From IMG/VR virus record IMGVR_UViG_3300037504_001140, positions 1 through 27,128 of that record: DNA of 27,128 nucleotides, one strand, 5' to 3'. The DNA comes from a virus. Its lineage: Duplodnaviria; Caudoviricetes. A program made the translations under genes and the position numbers. Positions 1 to 8,203 of this stretch are shown one piece after another (position 1 is the stretch's first letter; each line of letters starts with the position of its first letter). The notes below the pieces were generated by a model. It was not told the origin of the DNA. It worked only from the letters and a program-made list of their open reading frames with translations, and made no database searches.

Positions 1-1
1 G

Positions 2-343
2 TGCAACCAGGATTCCGATTGGCAAAATTCCGACATCAACCTGGACGTTTCGGGCGGCTCCACGGATATCGCCCTCACCTATTCTTCCGGCAACGGCACT
101 GCTCAGTGGATTTTTTCCATCGGGGAGCTGATCTACGAGAACGAAACGGTGAATATCGACATGACGGATGGCACGGATGCCATAGACGACGATGCGGACA
201 ACAACATGGCGGCGTTTACGGATCAGTTCGTCACCAATGGATCCGGTGTCAGCGAAGGCGGCACGTCGCCTGGAGGATCAACGTCAGTGGGCGGTACGGG
301 GTCGGTAGTCCTCGACGGCCCCGGAAGCCTGAAGATTCAATAA
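2..343 (+). CDS. 5'-truncated protein with SwmB-like/Ig-like repeat
   Basis: Frame 2 is open from the window edge to TAA at 341-343 and reads CNQDSDWQNSDINLDVSGGSTDIALTYSSGNGTAQWIFSIGELIYENETVNIDMTDGTDAIDDDADNNMAAFTDQFVTNGS. The D-x-x-x-N-x-x-x-x-F...VTN ending resembles SwmB-type beta-sandwich repeats. Confidence 0.65.
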   Translation, partial: CNQDSDWQNSDINLDVSGGSTDIALTYSSGNGTAQWIFSIGELIYENETVNIDMTDGTDAIDDDADNNMAAFTDQFVTNGSGVSEGGTSPGGSTSVGGTGSVVLDGPGSLKIQ

Positions 344-355
344 GGAGAAAATAAC

Positions 356-679
356 ATGAAGAAATTGCTTGCTATCGTTATTATGCTTTCTCTTCCCGCG
401 ATGGCTTTGTCGGCGGACTTGACCCTGTCCTGGGACGCAATGGAAAACGCGAGCGGCTATACCGTCGAGCGCTCCATCGACTCCGGGGCGACCTGGGAGA
501 AGGTAGCGGACGTCACCGCCAATTCCGTTGCTCTCTCCGCGCAGCCCGACTCTGGCCTGGCGCTGTATCGAGTGGGCGCGTACAACGGCCAGGGAGAAGT
601 GACCAGAACTTACTCCGGTGCCTGGTATAACGGGGATTGGCTTTTGCCGGGGATGACGAGCGGGGTGGGGGTGGAGTGA
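356..679 (+). CDS. Secreted fibronectin type III-like protein
   Basis: AAGGAG RBS, signal peptide MKKLLAIVIMLSLPAMALSA, FN3 pattern LTLSWD...SGYTVERS...YRVGAYNGQGE. Confidence 0.8.
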   Translation: MKKLLAIVIMLSLPAMALSADLTLSWDAMENASGYTVERSIDSGATWEKVADVTANSVALSAQPDSGLALYRVGAYNGQGEVTRTYSGAWYNGDWLLPGMTSGVGVE

Positions 680-723
680 TGGAGGGGGCATACACGGTTT
701 TTGCACAATAAAAGGGGCGTAGC

Positions 724-1410
724 GTGGGCACGATAACCGCACAAAACATTGTCGACAGGGCCTCCAAGGTCCTACAGGACACTTTGGCCTCCCGGCGCTG
801 GGGCGAGGATGACCAGCTCGTCTGGCTGAACGAAGGGCAGCGAGAGATTGTAAGCCTCAAGCCCGACGCCAACACGCAAAACGCGGCGGCGCAGCTTACG
901 TCCGGCACCAAGCAGACGATTCCCACCGGGGGGTTGATGCTCTTTAACGTGACGAGAAACATGGGGACCGACGGGAGTACTGCGGGAAACGCCATCTTGC
1001 CGATCGACATGGAGGCGATGGACCTGATGCACCCTGGCTGGCACGCGGTGACGGCGACCACCGCCATAAGCTATTTCATGTTCGACCCCCGGGACCCTAA
1101 AAACTGGTACTGCTACCCGCCGTCGGACGGGACCGGCTATGCGGAACAGGTCTACTCGAAGGTGCCGACCGACGTATCCGCCATCGACAGCGCCATCGGT
1201 CTGGACGATATCTATGCTCCGGCCCTCCTTGATTATTTGCTCTATCGGGACTTCTCATACGATGCCGATTTCGCGGACAATGCGGCCAGGGCGCATGCAC
1301 ACTGGGCTGCATTTTTGCAAAAGATCGGAAGGCGCGACCTTGTAGAGGCGAAAAACAACCCGAACGTGCCTGGGCGAATACGCGCCCAGGCAGAACTTGC
1401 GGGGAGGTAG
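724..1410 (+). CDS. Phage head-tail adaptor protein (DUF6682-like)
   Basis: GTG start after AGGGG. Motifs IVDRASKVLQD..RW....LVWLNEGQREIV.LKPDA, WYCYPP and LDDIYAPALLDYLLYRDFSYDA are typical of podovirus adaptor proteins. Confidence 0.8.
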   Translation: MGTITAQNIVDRASKVLQDTLASRRWGEDDQLVWLNEGQREIVSLKPDANTQNAAAQLTSGTKQTIPTGGLMLFNVTRNMGTDGSTAGNAILPIDMEAMDLMHPGWHAVTATTAISYFMFDPRDPKNWYCYPPSDGTGYAEQVYSKVPTDVSAIDSAIGLDDIYAPALLDYLLYRDFSYDADFADNAARAHAHWAAFLQKIGRRDLVEAKNNPNVPGRIRAQAELAGR

Positions 1411-1413
1411 GGC

Positions 1414-1692
1414 ATGCCGGGCAGTACGACAATTGGCAGCGGGACAATCGGGGGTATCGGCGAGAGTGTATCCGCATCCGAATCGAGCACGGTCCCGTTT
1501 CTCGAGGTCTGTGTCCCGATCGAGGGGATGCGCACAAGGCGTGTCGAGACCGGGGTCGGATTCAAGACAGTCTCGCTCGGAATGGCCTTTGCCGTGGGCG
1601 CGGGCGCTGCGGGGAGCACTGCGAGCGGTGCGGCAGAGGCCCCGGACCTGACCGTGGGTGCCGGCACCATCGGCGGCGTGGGCGAAATATAA
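1414..1692 (+). CDS. Small Gly-rich hypothetical virion protein
   Basis: GGAGG RBS, tight packing, repeated T[IV]G[SA]GTIGG[IV]GE motif at both ends. Confidence 0.65.
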   Translation: MPGSTTIGSGTIGGIGESVSASESSTVPFLEVCVPIEGMRTRRVETGVGFKTVSLGMAFAVGAGAAGSTASGAAEAPDLTVGAGTIGGVGEI

Positions 1693-1707
1693 GAGAGGAG
1701 AGGCGCA

Positions 1708-2046
1708 ATGATTCCGATCCTGGACGGCGGGTACAAGACAAGCTACATGGCGGGACATCTCGAGGTCGACTTCACCACGCCCCTGGGGGCCGAAGACGTC
1801 GCCTCGATCGAGAGCGTTAAAATCTACAAGGAGTCGGATAGCACCGACATGACGAGCACCATGTACTCCTCCGCGAACAGCACCATTTCCGGGAAGAAGG
1901 CGTACCCGTGGATCATGGGCGGATCTGCGAGCACCACGCCGACCGCCTACATTGTACACGTCAAGATTGCAAGCAACTCCAGCCCGGCGAAGCAGTACGA
2001 TTGCTTTATACGGATACAGGTTGTTGACCCTTGGGTTGCGTCATAA
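1708..2046 (+). CDS. Putative fibre-tail adaptor protein
   Basis: GAGGAGAGG RBS. Pattern VDF...L...WIMGG...Y.VHVK...YDCFIRIQV resembles small beta-sandwich fibre adaptors. Confidence 0.55.
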   Translation: MIPILDGGYKTSYMAGHLEVDFTTPLGAEDVASIESVKIYKESDSTDMTSTMYSSANSTISGKKAYPWIMGGSASTTPTAYIVHVKIASNSSPAKQYDCFIRIQVVDPWVAS

Positions 2047-2049
2047 ACC

Positions 2050-2071
2050 AGCGTCCAGTCAGACGTTAAAC
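2050..2071 (+). promoter_or_regulatory. Small hairpin in the leader of the scaffold-like gene
   Basis: AGCGTC-CAGTCA-GACGTT stem-loop (one G-U pair) followed by AAAC, just upstream of the AAGGAG RBS. Confidence 0.35.
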
Positions 2072-2093
2072 GAGATGAAAAGGAGATGCAGAG

Positions 2094-3254
2094 ATGGGAG
2101 AGCAAGCGCAGGAAGCTACAGAGAGCAAGGGGACAGAGGCCCCGCAGGTATCGGCGATGCCGGAGGTGACAAGCCACGACCCGGAGACCGGTGGTGCCGA
2201 AAGTACCGGAGCAAGCGTTCTCGGAGGCGGCGACCTCCCTCCGGGGTTGTTCGATGATGAGGCATACCCTTCTGACGAGGACCTTCAGGGCGAGAGCGGG
2301 GAGGAAGCGGCGGAGGGCGCGGCGGAGAAAAGCGACGCCGATACCGAGAAGGCCGACGAAGCGAAGGCCGATGCCGAAGGGGAGAAGGAGGCCGCCAAGG
2401 AAGAGGGCGAGAAAAAAGACGACGAGAAAAAAGACGACGAGAAAAAGCCTCCCGAGGGGTTCGTCCCGCAGCAGGCGCTTCATGAGGAGCGCTCCCGGCG
2501 CAAGGAGATATCGGGGCAACTCTACAATGCGAACCAGCAAATCCGTCAATTGCAGGCGGAACTGCGGCAGGCCCAGGAATCCCCCGGGGGAAAAGACGAA
2601 TTTGCCGATCTTGAGGGCTTCAAGGTAAAGTCCAAAGAAGAAATAGAGGAAATGTCGGACTATGAACAAGGGGAGTATTTCTATAATCTTGACCGCTACC
2701 GGCAGAAGCAGGTTCGGGACCAGGAGGCGGAGCGGAGCAAGAGCCAGCAGGAGGCGGAGCGTCAAAGAATGGAGGAGGAGCGCACCGAGATCATCCGCGA
2801 GGCGTCGATGGCGATCCGGGAGCAGGTGCCCCAGTTGTTCGAGGAAGGGTCAGATTTGGACGCAAAGCTCGTCGCCCATGCCGAGGCGAACGGCCTGAAC
2901 CGAGAGGCGGCTGCAATCCTCACCAACCCGGCAACCCGGGTGATCGACCCCGCTTCCGGGCAGGAACTCCTCATGGGTCACGGGGCGCTCGAAATGCTGA
3001 GCCTCCTGAACAATACCTATGCCAACGGCAATGCGGAAAACCTTCGCAAGCAGATCGAAAACGAAATCCGGGAAGAAGTGAAGAAGGAGGTCACGGCAGA
3101 GCTTACGGCGAAATTCCGGGCCGGCGGAGAGCGGCCGACGTCCCTGGGCGAGGCGACTCCGGCGGCAGAGCGGCCCGTTGCGGGCGATGTCGGGTCAGAG
3201 GAGGACTGGTTGAGCAGAACACCGGAAGAGCGACGTCAGCTGTTGGGAGCGTAA
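2094..3254 (+). CDS. Capsid scaffolding-like protein
   Basis: Acidic disordered N-terminus, VPQQALHEERSRRKE motif followed by coiled coil, and a C-terminal helix (EDWLSRTPEERRQLLG). This architecture is typical of phage scaffolds. Confidence 0.7.
   Translation: MGEQAQEATESKGTEAPQVSAMPEVTSHDPETGGAESTGASVLGGGDLPPGLFDDEAYPSDEDLQGESGEEAAEGAAEKSDADTEKADEAKADAEGEKEAAKEEGEKKDDEKKDDEKKPPEGFVPQQALHEERSRRKEISGQLYNANQQIRQLQAELRQAQESPGGKDEFADLEGFKVKSKEEIEEMSDYEQGEYFYNLDRYRQKQVRDQEAERSKSQQEAERQRMEEERTEIIREASMAIREQVPQLFEEGSDLDAKLVAHAEANGLNREAAAILTNPATRVIDPASGQELLMGHGALEMLSLLNNTYANGNAENLRKQIENEIREEVKKEVTAELTAKFRAGGERPTSLGEATPAAERPVAGDVGSEEDWLSRTPEERRQLLGA
2408..2446 (+). repeat. 15-bp in-frame tandem repeat (EKKDD x2 plus partial copy)
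   Basis: CGAGAAAAAAGACGA twice, followed by CGAGAAAAA. Confidence 0.85.
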
Positions 3255-3257
3255 GAA

Positions 3258-4988
3258 ATGGCGTCTTTGCAGTTCAGGGATTTTCTGGGCGAGTTCCCGA
3301 TCCTCGACGTCATGCGCTTGCCGCAGATGGCGGCGCAGGAGGCGGAAAATATCAACCTGGAGACCGGTGCGGTGGGTCTTTTGAAAGCGCCGAGCGCCGC
3401 CCATACGATCGCCAAGTCGGGCGCCATGAGGAGCATATACCTGCTTGACGACACCTGGGTCTACTGGACTGCAACCATAAACGCCGTGAAGGCCCCGGTC
3501 GCATCAAGCGATGACCTCGTGCTGTTTACCGGCGACGGCTACCCGAAGCAGACGAACAAGACCTATGCCACTTCCGGGGCGGCCAGCACCTACCCGACCA
3601 CCACCCGCCGCCTCGGGGTGACACCCCCCACCACGATACCGACCATTACCGTCATGGGAACAGGGGACGGCGTGGTGCAGTCGAGTGTTGCCTACCTGTA
3701 CACATTTGTTGACGAGTTCGGAAACGAATCCGCGCCGTACGAGGCGACAGCCGTAACCGACGTAGAGGGCGACGAGTACGTCAAGCTGACCAACTTCTCC
3801 GTGCCGGATGTGGGAGACACGGGCAACGACATCGAATTCGTGCGGATTTACCGGACCAACACGGCGAACAGCGGCGAAACCGATTATCAACTAATAAAAG
3901 CGCGGCCCGGGACTCTCGGGGCAACCCCCGTCTACGACGTGCCGGCCGCATCCATTTCGGGGACCTCTTACGAAATCTTCGACGCCAACGACGGGTCAAG
4001 CCCCACCGGGGTCACCTCCGACATCTCGGACGTGCTCCCGTCCCAGTACGAGGTGGGCAATACGACCGTTACGTGGGACAAGCCGGTCGACACCCTGACC
4101 GGCCTGATGGAGGGCCCCCAGAAAATCCTGGCGGGCCACGTCGGCAACACCGTTTATCTGGGGGAGCCGGGCGTGTACTACGCGTTCCCGAGCGCTTACG
4201 CGATCACGCTTGACCATGACGCGGTTGCCATAGGCCAGCACAATGAGCAGTTCATCGTGGCAACGGAGGCGCACCCGTATGTGCTGCGCGGTATCGACCC
4301 GATTAGTATTGTCAAAAGCAAGCTTGACTACAAACTGCCGTGCCTCGCCGCAAGGGGGCTCGTCAATACGCCCGTGGGGGTCGTGTGGCCCTCTTACGAC
4401 GGTCTCGTCATCTGCGACGGCATCACCTGCCGGGTTCTTACCAGGCACATTATCAGCAAGGACGACTGGAGCGGCTACACCCTCGCCAACATGATCACGG
4501 TCTACTGGAAAGGGTCTATCCTAATGTTCTTCTCCGGTGCGGACACCGGCCTCGTGCTCGACCTGGAGGGGGAGAAGGGCCTCGTCGCCCTTGACATCGG
4601 CTATAATGTCTATGACGCCTTCGTGGCCCCGAGCGGAACGCTCTATCTGCTCGCCCTGGACGGTGCCGATTACAAGGTTTTCGAATGGGAGGGCGGGACA
4701 GCGAACCTGACGGCGATCTGGAAAAGCCGGACAGTGAAAACTCCGCCGATGTCATGGCCGCTTATCAGCGTTCTCGGAGACTTTTCGGCGGACGGGGCGA
4801 CGGCCGAGGTCGATGTCTACGCGGACGGCACTCTCCGGGAAGAATTCACGTTCACGGCCAGCGGAACAAAACGGTGCGGAGGCGGCTACCGGGCAGAGAA
4901 GTGGATTGTCCGGTGGGAGTCGGCAACAGCGGAGGTCCTGTCCATCGCTCTTGCAACGTCTGGCGGGGAGGTGAAAGGTGTCTCTTAA
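3258..4988 (+). CDS. Tail nozzle / tail tubular (stabilisation) protein
   Basis: N-terminal FLGEFP...RLP..AAQEAEN motif, YLYTFVDEFGNESAP, beta-rich propeller-like body, late AIWKSR motif; lies between adaptor and fibre genes. Confidence 0.7.
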   Translation: MASLQFRDFLGEFPILDVMRLPQMAAQEAENINLETGAVGLLKAPSAAHTIAKSGAMRSIYLLDDTWVYWTATINAVKAPVASSDDLVLFTGDGYPKQTNKTYATSGAASTYPTTTRRLGVTPPTTIPTITVMGTGDGVVQSSVAYLYTFVDEFGNESAPYEATAVTDVEGDEYVKLTNFSVPDVGDTGNDIEFVRIYRTNTANSGETDYQLIKARPGTLGATPVYDVPAASISGTSYEIFDANDGSSPTGVTSDISDVLPSQYEVGNTTVTWDKPVDTLTGLMEGPQKILAGHVGNTVYLGEPGVYYAFPSAYAITLDHDAVAIGQHNEQFIVATEAHPYVLRGIDPISIVKSKLDYKLPCLAARGLVNTPVGVVWPSYDGLVICDGITCRVLTRHIISKDDWSGYTLANMITVYWKGSILMFFSGADTGLVLDLEGEKGLVALDIGYNVYDAFVAPSGTLYLLALDGADYKVFEWEGGTANLTAIWKSRTVKTPPMSWPLISVLGDFSADGATAEVDVYADGTLREEFTFTASGTKRCGGGYRAEKWIVRWESATAEVLSIALATSGGEVKGVS

Positions 4989-6483
4989 TTTCCGCTCCCC
5001 GGCCATCCATGTAGGCGGCAGTCTTCCCGAAATTGCGGCGGCCCTGCGGGCGGTGAAGGCGACCCTGGATGTCAGGGAGGGGCGCATCCCCGGCAGGCCG
5101 GAAGAGCGCTTTGTCGAAAAGGGCGAGGTGGCGGAGATTCTCGCCGAGAAGGCCCGCCTCACCATATCGGACGTGATCGGCAATAGCGTGGGGGATGGCC
5201 CTGCGGCCCCTTCCAGCTTTGCGGTGACGGAAGGATCCGGAGGGTTCAAGTCGACACTTTCGTGGACGAACCCGGCCGACAGCGACCTCTGGGCCATCGA
5301 GATCATTGTCAACACGACCAACAACCGACCGACCGGGCAGTCCATTCTCGTCACCATCCCTTCGGGCGGAGCGGGCGAGAACTTCACTTACGAGCACATT
5401 CACGGAGAACCGACGCAAAATCATTATTACTGGGTCCGGGCGCTTGACTATGCCCTGAATCCGTCGGAGTGGGTGCCGAACGCAACGACCAGCACCTACC
5501 TGACACAGGGGCAAAGCTCCATCGACCAGGCGGTCTATGAACTGATCGATGTCTTGAAGGGAGGCTCGCCCCCGGCATACGACAACGGCACGGAGTACAC
5601 GGCGGGGCAGATTGTTACCAATGGCGGCACTCAGTATCAATGTTACGTCGGACCGGTCACCGGGGTGGAACCAGGGGTCACGGCGAACTGGGAGGACAAC
5701 TGGCGGGTTACCGGCATCCTGGTGCAGGGAAACATCGACGGCGTCTCCACCGTCGGCGTAAACGGCGATCTCATCGTTGACGGCACGATCCTGGCCCGAG
5801 CGATCGCGGCGGGGGAGATAACGGCAAACGAGATCAACGTGACGAGCGTTTCCGGCGCCATCAACTTCGACCAGGTGCCGAACGGTACGACATACGGCAA
5901 AGTGGCGCTCACCAACATCACCTCCGGCAACATCGTGCTCCAGACGAATCAGAACCTCGGCAGTCAGGGCATCAAGATCATGACCGCGTCCTCCGGGGCG
6001 AGGGTCGAGCTCCTGCCGGATGCAAACACCGGCATTCATGCGATCGACAACGCATCCAACACGGTTTTTAAGGTCCTGGTCGGCGGCACGGACGTGGGAG
6101 ACGTACAGATCGGGGATTACTCCGGCGGCCAGGGAATTCTCTACGACAAGAGCGCGGGCGTCATCTATTACAAAAACGTCAAGCTGACGGAACTCTCCCA
6201 GAACTGGGAGACGAAAACGAGCGACTTCACGGCCGCCCCCGGCGGACAATATCTTGTCGACACAAGTGGCGGGGCGGTCGCCATGACACTGCCCGCAAGC
6301 CCGGCGGCAAACGATTGGGTGCAGTGGGTTGACCTCTACGAATATTTCGGGACGAACAATTTCACGATCAACCCCGGCGCAAACAACTTTCACGGGTCGA
6401 CGGAGGATGTCGTGTGTCAAAACCCGAACGAAAACGCCCTGATCGAGTGGACCGGGGCGACAAGGGGATGGGTGATCAACTGA
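4978..6483 (+). CDS. Modular tail fibre / host-specificity protein
   Basis: GTG start after GGAGGTG. Contains an FN3-like segment (LSWTNP...HYYWVRALD), a CBM5/12-like segment (YDNGTEYTAGQIV...YQC...EPG...W), GDLIVDGTILARAIAAGEITA, and a C-terminal T4 gp34-like repeat (YLVDTSGGAVAMTLPASP). Confidence 0.75.
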   Translation: MSLNFRSPAIHVGGSLPEIAAALRAVKATLDVREGRIPGRPEERFVEKGEVAEILAEKARLTISDVIGNSVGDGPAAPSSFAVTEGSGGFKSTLSWTNPADSDLWAIEIIVNTTNNRPTGQSILVTIPSGGAGENFTYEHIHGEPTQNHYYWVRALDYALNPSEWVPNATTSTYLTQGQSSIDQAVYELIDVLKGGSPPAYDNGTEYTAGQIVTNGGTQYQCYVGPVTGVEPGVTANWEDNWRVTGILVQGNIDGVSTVGVNGDLIVDGTILARAIAAGEITANEINVTSVSGAINFDQVPNGTTYGKVALTNITSGNIVLQTNQNLGSQGIKIMTASSGARVELLPDANTGIHAIDNASNTVFKVLVGGTDVGDVQIGDYSGGQGILYDKSAGVIYYKNVKLTELSQNWETKTSDFTAAPGGQYLVDTSGGAVAMTLPASPAANDWVQWVDLYEYFGTNNFTINPGANNFHGSTEDVVCQNPNENALIEWTGATRGWVIN

Positions 6484-6484
6484 T

Positions 6485-7147
6485 ATGGCAAGACCTTTTT
6501 CAACCCTCGCAAAGACGGGCCGGTGGACGGCCGAGGAATTCACCTCATCCGGAACATGGACAAGGCCCGCGGGTGTCGATTTCGTTGTCATCACCCTGGT
6601 TGGCGGAGGGGCCGGGGGGGCAGCCGGCAACACCGGTACGGGTAATGGTGGTGGCGGTGGCGGCGGAGCCGAGGTCGTGCGTCGGATTGTCGCAGTTACC
6701 GGAAACCTCACCGTCACGATAGGCTCAGGTGGTGCGGGCGGCGCCAGCGACGGCGCGAACGGGGCGGCAGGAGGGGACAGCACGATCACCGGAAATCTCA
6801 GCGATACAGTCCGCGCGCTTGGCGGCGACGATCCGAGTTTTACAAACGGCGGTTCGGGCGGGGGTGAGTCTTCGTCCATGGCATCCGCGCAGGGCGGGGC
6901 CGGGGGTAATGTCGGCGTGGCCGGAAGTCCGTGCGCAGGTTTCGGTGAGGGGGGTGCGGGCGTTTCCGCGCAGGGCGGCGGCGGCGGCGGGAGTTTCGGC
7001 GACGGGGGCGACGCGGGCGCTGCGGGCGCTGCGGGCCAGAACGGGCAGGGTTACGGCAGCGGCGGCGGGGGCGGTTCCGAGAGCTCCGGATGGTACGCGG
7101 GGGGCGCAGGGCACGATGGCTATTGCCTCATCGAATACGTTTTGTAG
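6485..7147 (+). CDS. Glycine-rich tail fibre tip-type protein
   Basis: FTSSGTWTRPAGV..V.ITLVGGGAGG...GYGSGGGG...GGAGHDGYCLIEY is the common phage glycine-rich domain. Confidence 0.85.
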   Translation: MARPFSTLAKTGRWTAEEFTSSGTWTRPAGVDFVVITLVGGGAGGAAGNTGTGNGGGGGGGAEVVRRIVAVTGNLTVTIGSGGAGGASDGANGAAGGDSTITGNLSDTVRALGGDDPSFTNGGSGGGESSSMASAQGGAGGNVGVAGSPCAGFGEGGAGVSAQGGGGGGSFGDGGDAGAAGAAGQNGQGYGSGGGGGSESSGWYAGGAGHDGYCLIEYVL

Positions 7148-7156
7148 GGCGGTGAC

Positions 7157-7477
7157 ATGGGCATTTACGCACAAATAAGAAATTTTCGCGTAAGAAAGGT
7201 CGAGGAGATCGGCGCGACACCCGGAAAGGCTTACCCCGGAACAAGGGGATGGGTGGATGTGACCGACAGGGCGCAAATCCCGAAGGTGGGCGACTACTAT
7301 ATCGACGGCCAGTTTCTGAAGGAGCCGCCCGAGGATGTCCAGTCGCAGACGGCCCTTGCGAAAAAAGTGATCAGCTACGTTGACCTCAACCAGTTGAAGG
7401 CGACGAGCGAGGGCCTTGCTATCGGGGCCATACTGATATATCTCGGCCTGGTCAAAAAGGAGGACCTGCAAAAATGA
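7157..7477 (+). CDS. Tail-fibre-associated small protein
   Basis: YAQI...WVDVT....PKVGDYYIDGQF..PP pattern, commonly found directly after glycine-rich fibre genes. Confidence 0.65.
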   Translation: MGIYAQIRNFRVRKVEEIGATPGKAYPGTRGWVDVTDRAQIPKVGDYYIDGQFLKEPPEDVQSQTALAKKVISYVDLNQLKATSEGLAIGAILIYLGLVKKEDLQK

Positions 7478-7641
7478 TAGTTGACGTCACACAAGACCTT
7501 TGGGTCGCATACGGCGAAATCTGCTTCGAGAACCGACTTTTGAAGCGGAGCATCGACGAGCAGGCCAGAAAGATCAAGGCGCTGGAGAGGCAGGTGCAAG
7601 ACCTGTCCGGGGAGAAGCAGGATGTGCCGGCGGGAGAGTAA
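7474..7641 (+). CDS. 55-aa coiled-coil hypothetical protein (below ORF track cutoff)
   Basis: ATGA overlap with upstream stop and AAGGAGG RBS at 7457-7463. Reads MIVDVTQDLWVAYGEICFENRLLKRSIDEQARKIKALERQVQDLSGEKQDVPAGE. Confidence 0.75.
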   Translation: MIVDVTQDLWVAYGEICFENRLLKRSIDEQARKIKALERQVQDLSGEKQDVPAGE

Positions 7642-8203
7642 AGTTCATCGGGCGCACCTTCGCCCGTACTTTTTTGCCGAGGGCCGCCCGTCCATCAGCG
7701 ACGAGGAGTTGTACCTGGTGCATCGGCGCATGAAAAAGGACGGGACTCTCTGGGACGTTTTCTTTGACGGCTCGGTCAAAACGGCGTCCGACTTTATCCG
7801 CATGGTCAAGAGAGAGCACTTCTTCCTTGTCGAGTCAAACGCAGGGCTTATCGGCATGGTGCGGTTAAACCGGGTGGAGAAAAAGAAAGCGAACATCCAC
7901 TACTGCACGTTCTCGACCGCCTGGGGGGACCCGGGGCTCGTTCCGGTGGCAAAATGGACGGTGCAGCGCCTGCTGCGGATGCGCCAGGGCGAGTCGTATT
8001 TCTTCGATGTGTTCTGGGGGCTTTGCCCGGTTTCCAACGAGCGGGGCGTCCGGTTCAGCGGGAAGGTGGCGAGCGGCAGGCTCGGCGTTTTGCCGAACGG
8101 GCTGAGCGATGTTTACGGCGATAGCATGGACGCCGTCTTGGATTACCATATACGCGAAGAGGGGGAGGGGTACGATGAAAATATATACCAGAGTCGTGGT
8201 TGA
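7622..8203 (+). CDS. GNAT-fold protein (positional analogue of T7 gp13 / P22 gp14)
   Basis: LIGMVRLN...ANIHYCTFSTAWG...FWGLCPVSNERGVRF fits a RimJ/GNAT-type fold; immediately precedes the ejection genes. Confidence 0.6.
   Translation: MCRRESKVHRAHLRPYFFAEGRPSISDEELYLVHRRMKKDGTLWDVFFDGSVKTASDFIRMVKREHFFLVESNAGLIGMVRLNRVEKKKANIHYCTFSTAWGDPGLVPVAKWTVQRLLRMRQGESYFFDVFWGLCPVSNERGVRFSGKVASGRLGVLPNGLSDVYGDSMDAVLDYHIREEGEGYDENIYQSRG

Noticed and set aside
4852-6879. Long antisense ORFs (also 11868-13673, 19200-20438, 22537-23967)
   Set aside because: Shadows of GC-rich + strand genes with no recognisable motifs.
4978-7477. Diversity-generating retroelement targeting the fibre
   Set aside because: No reverse transcriptase and no TR/VR repeat pair seen in this window.
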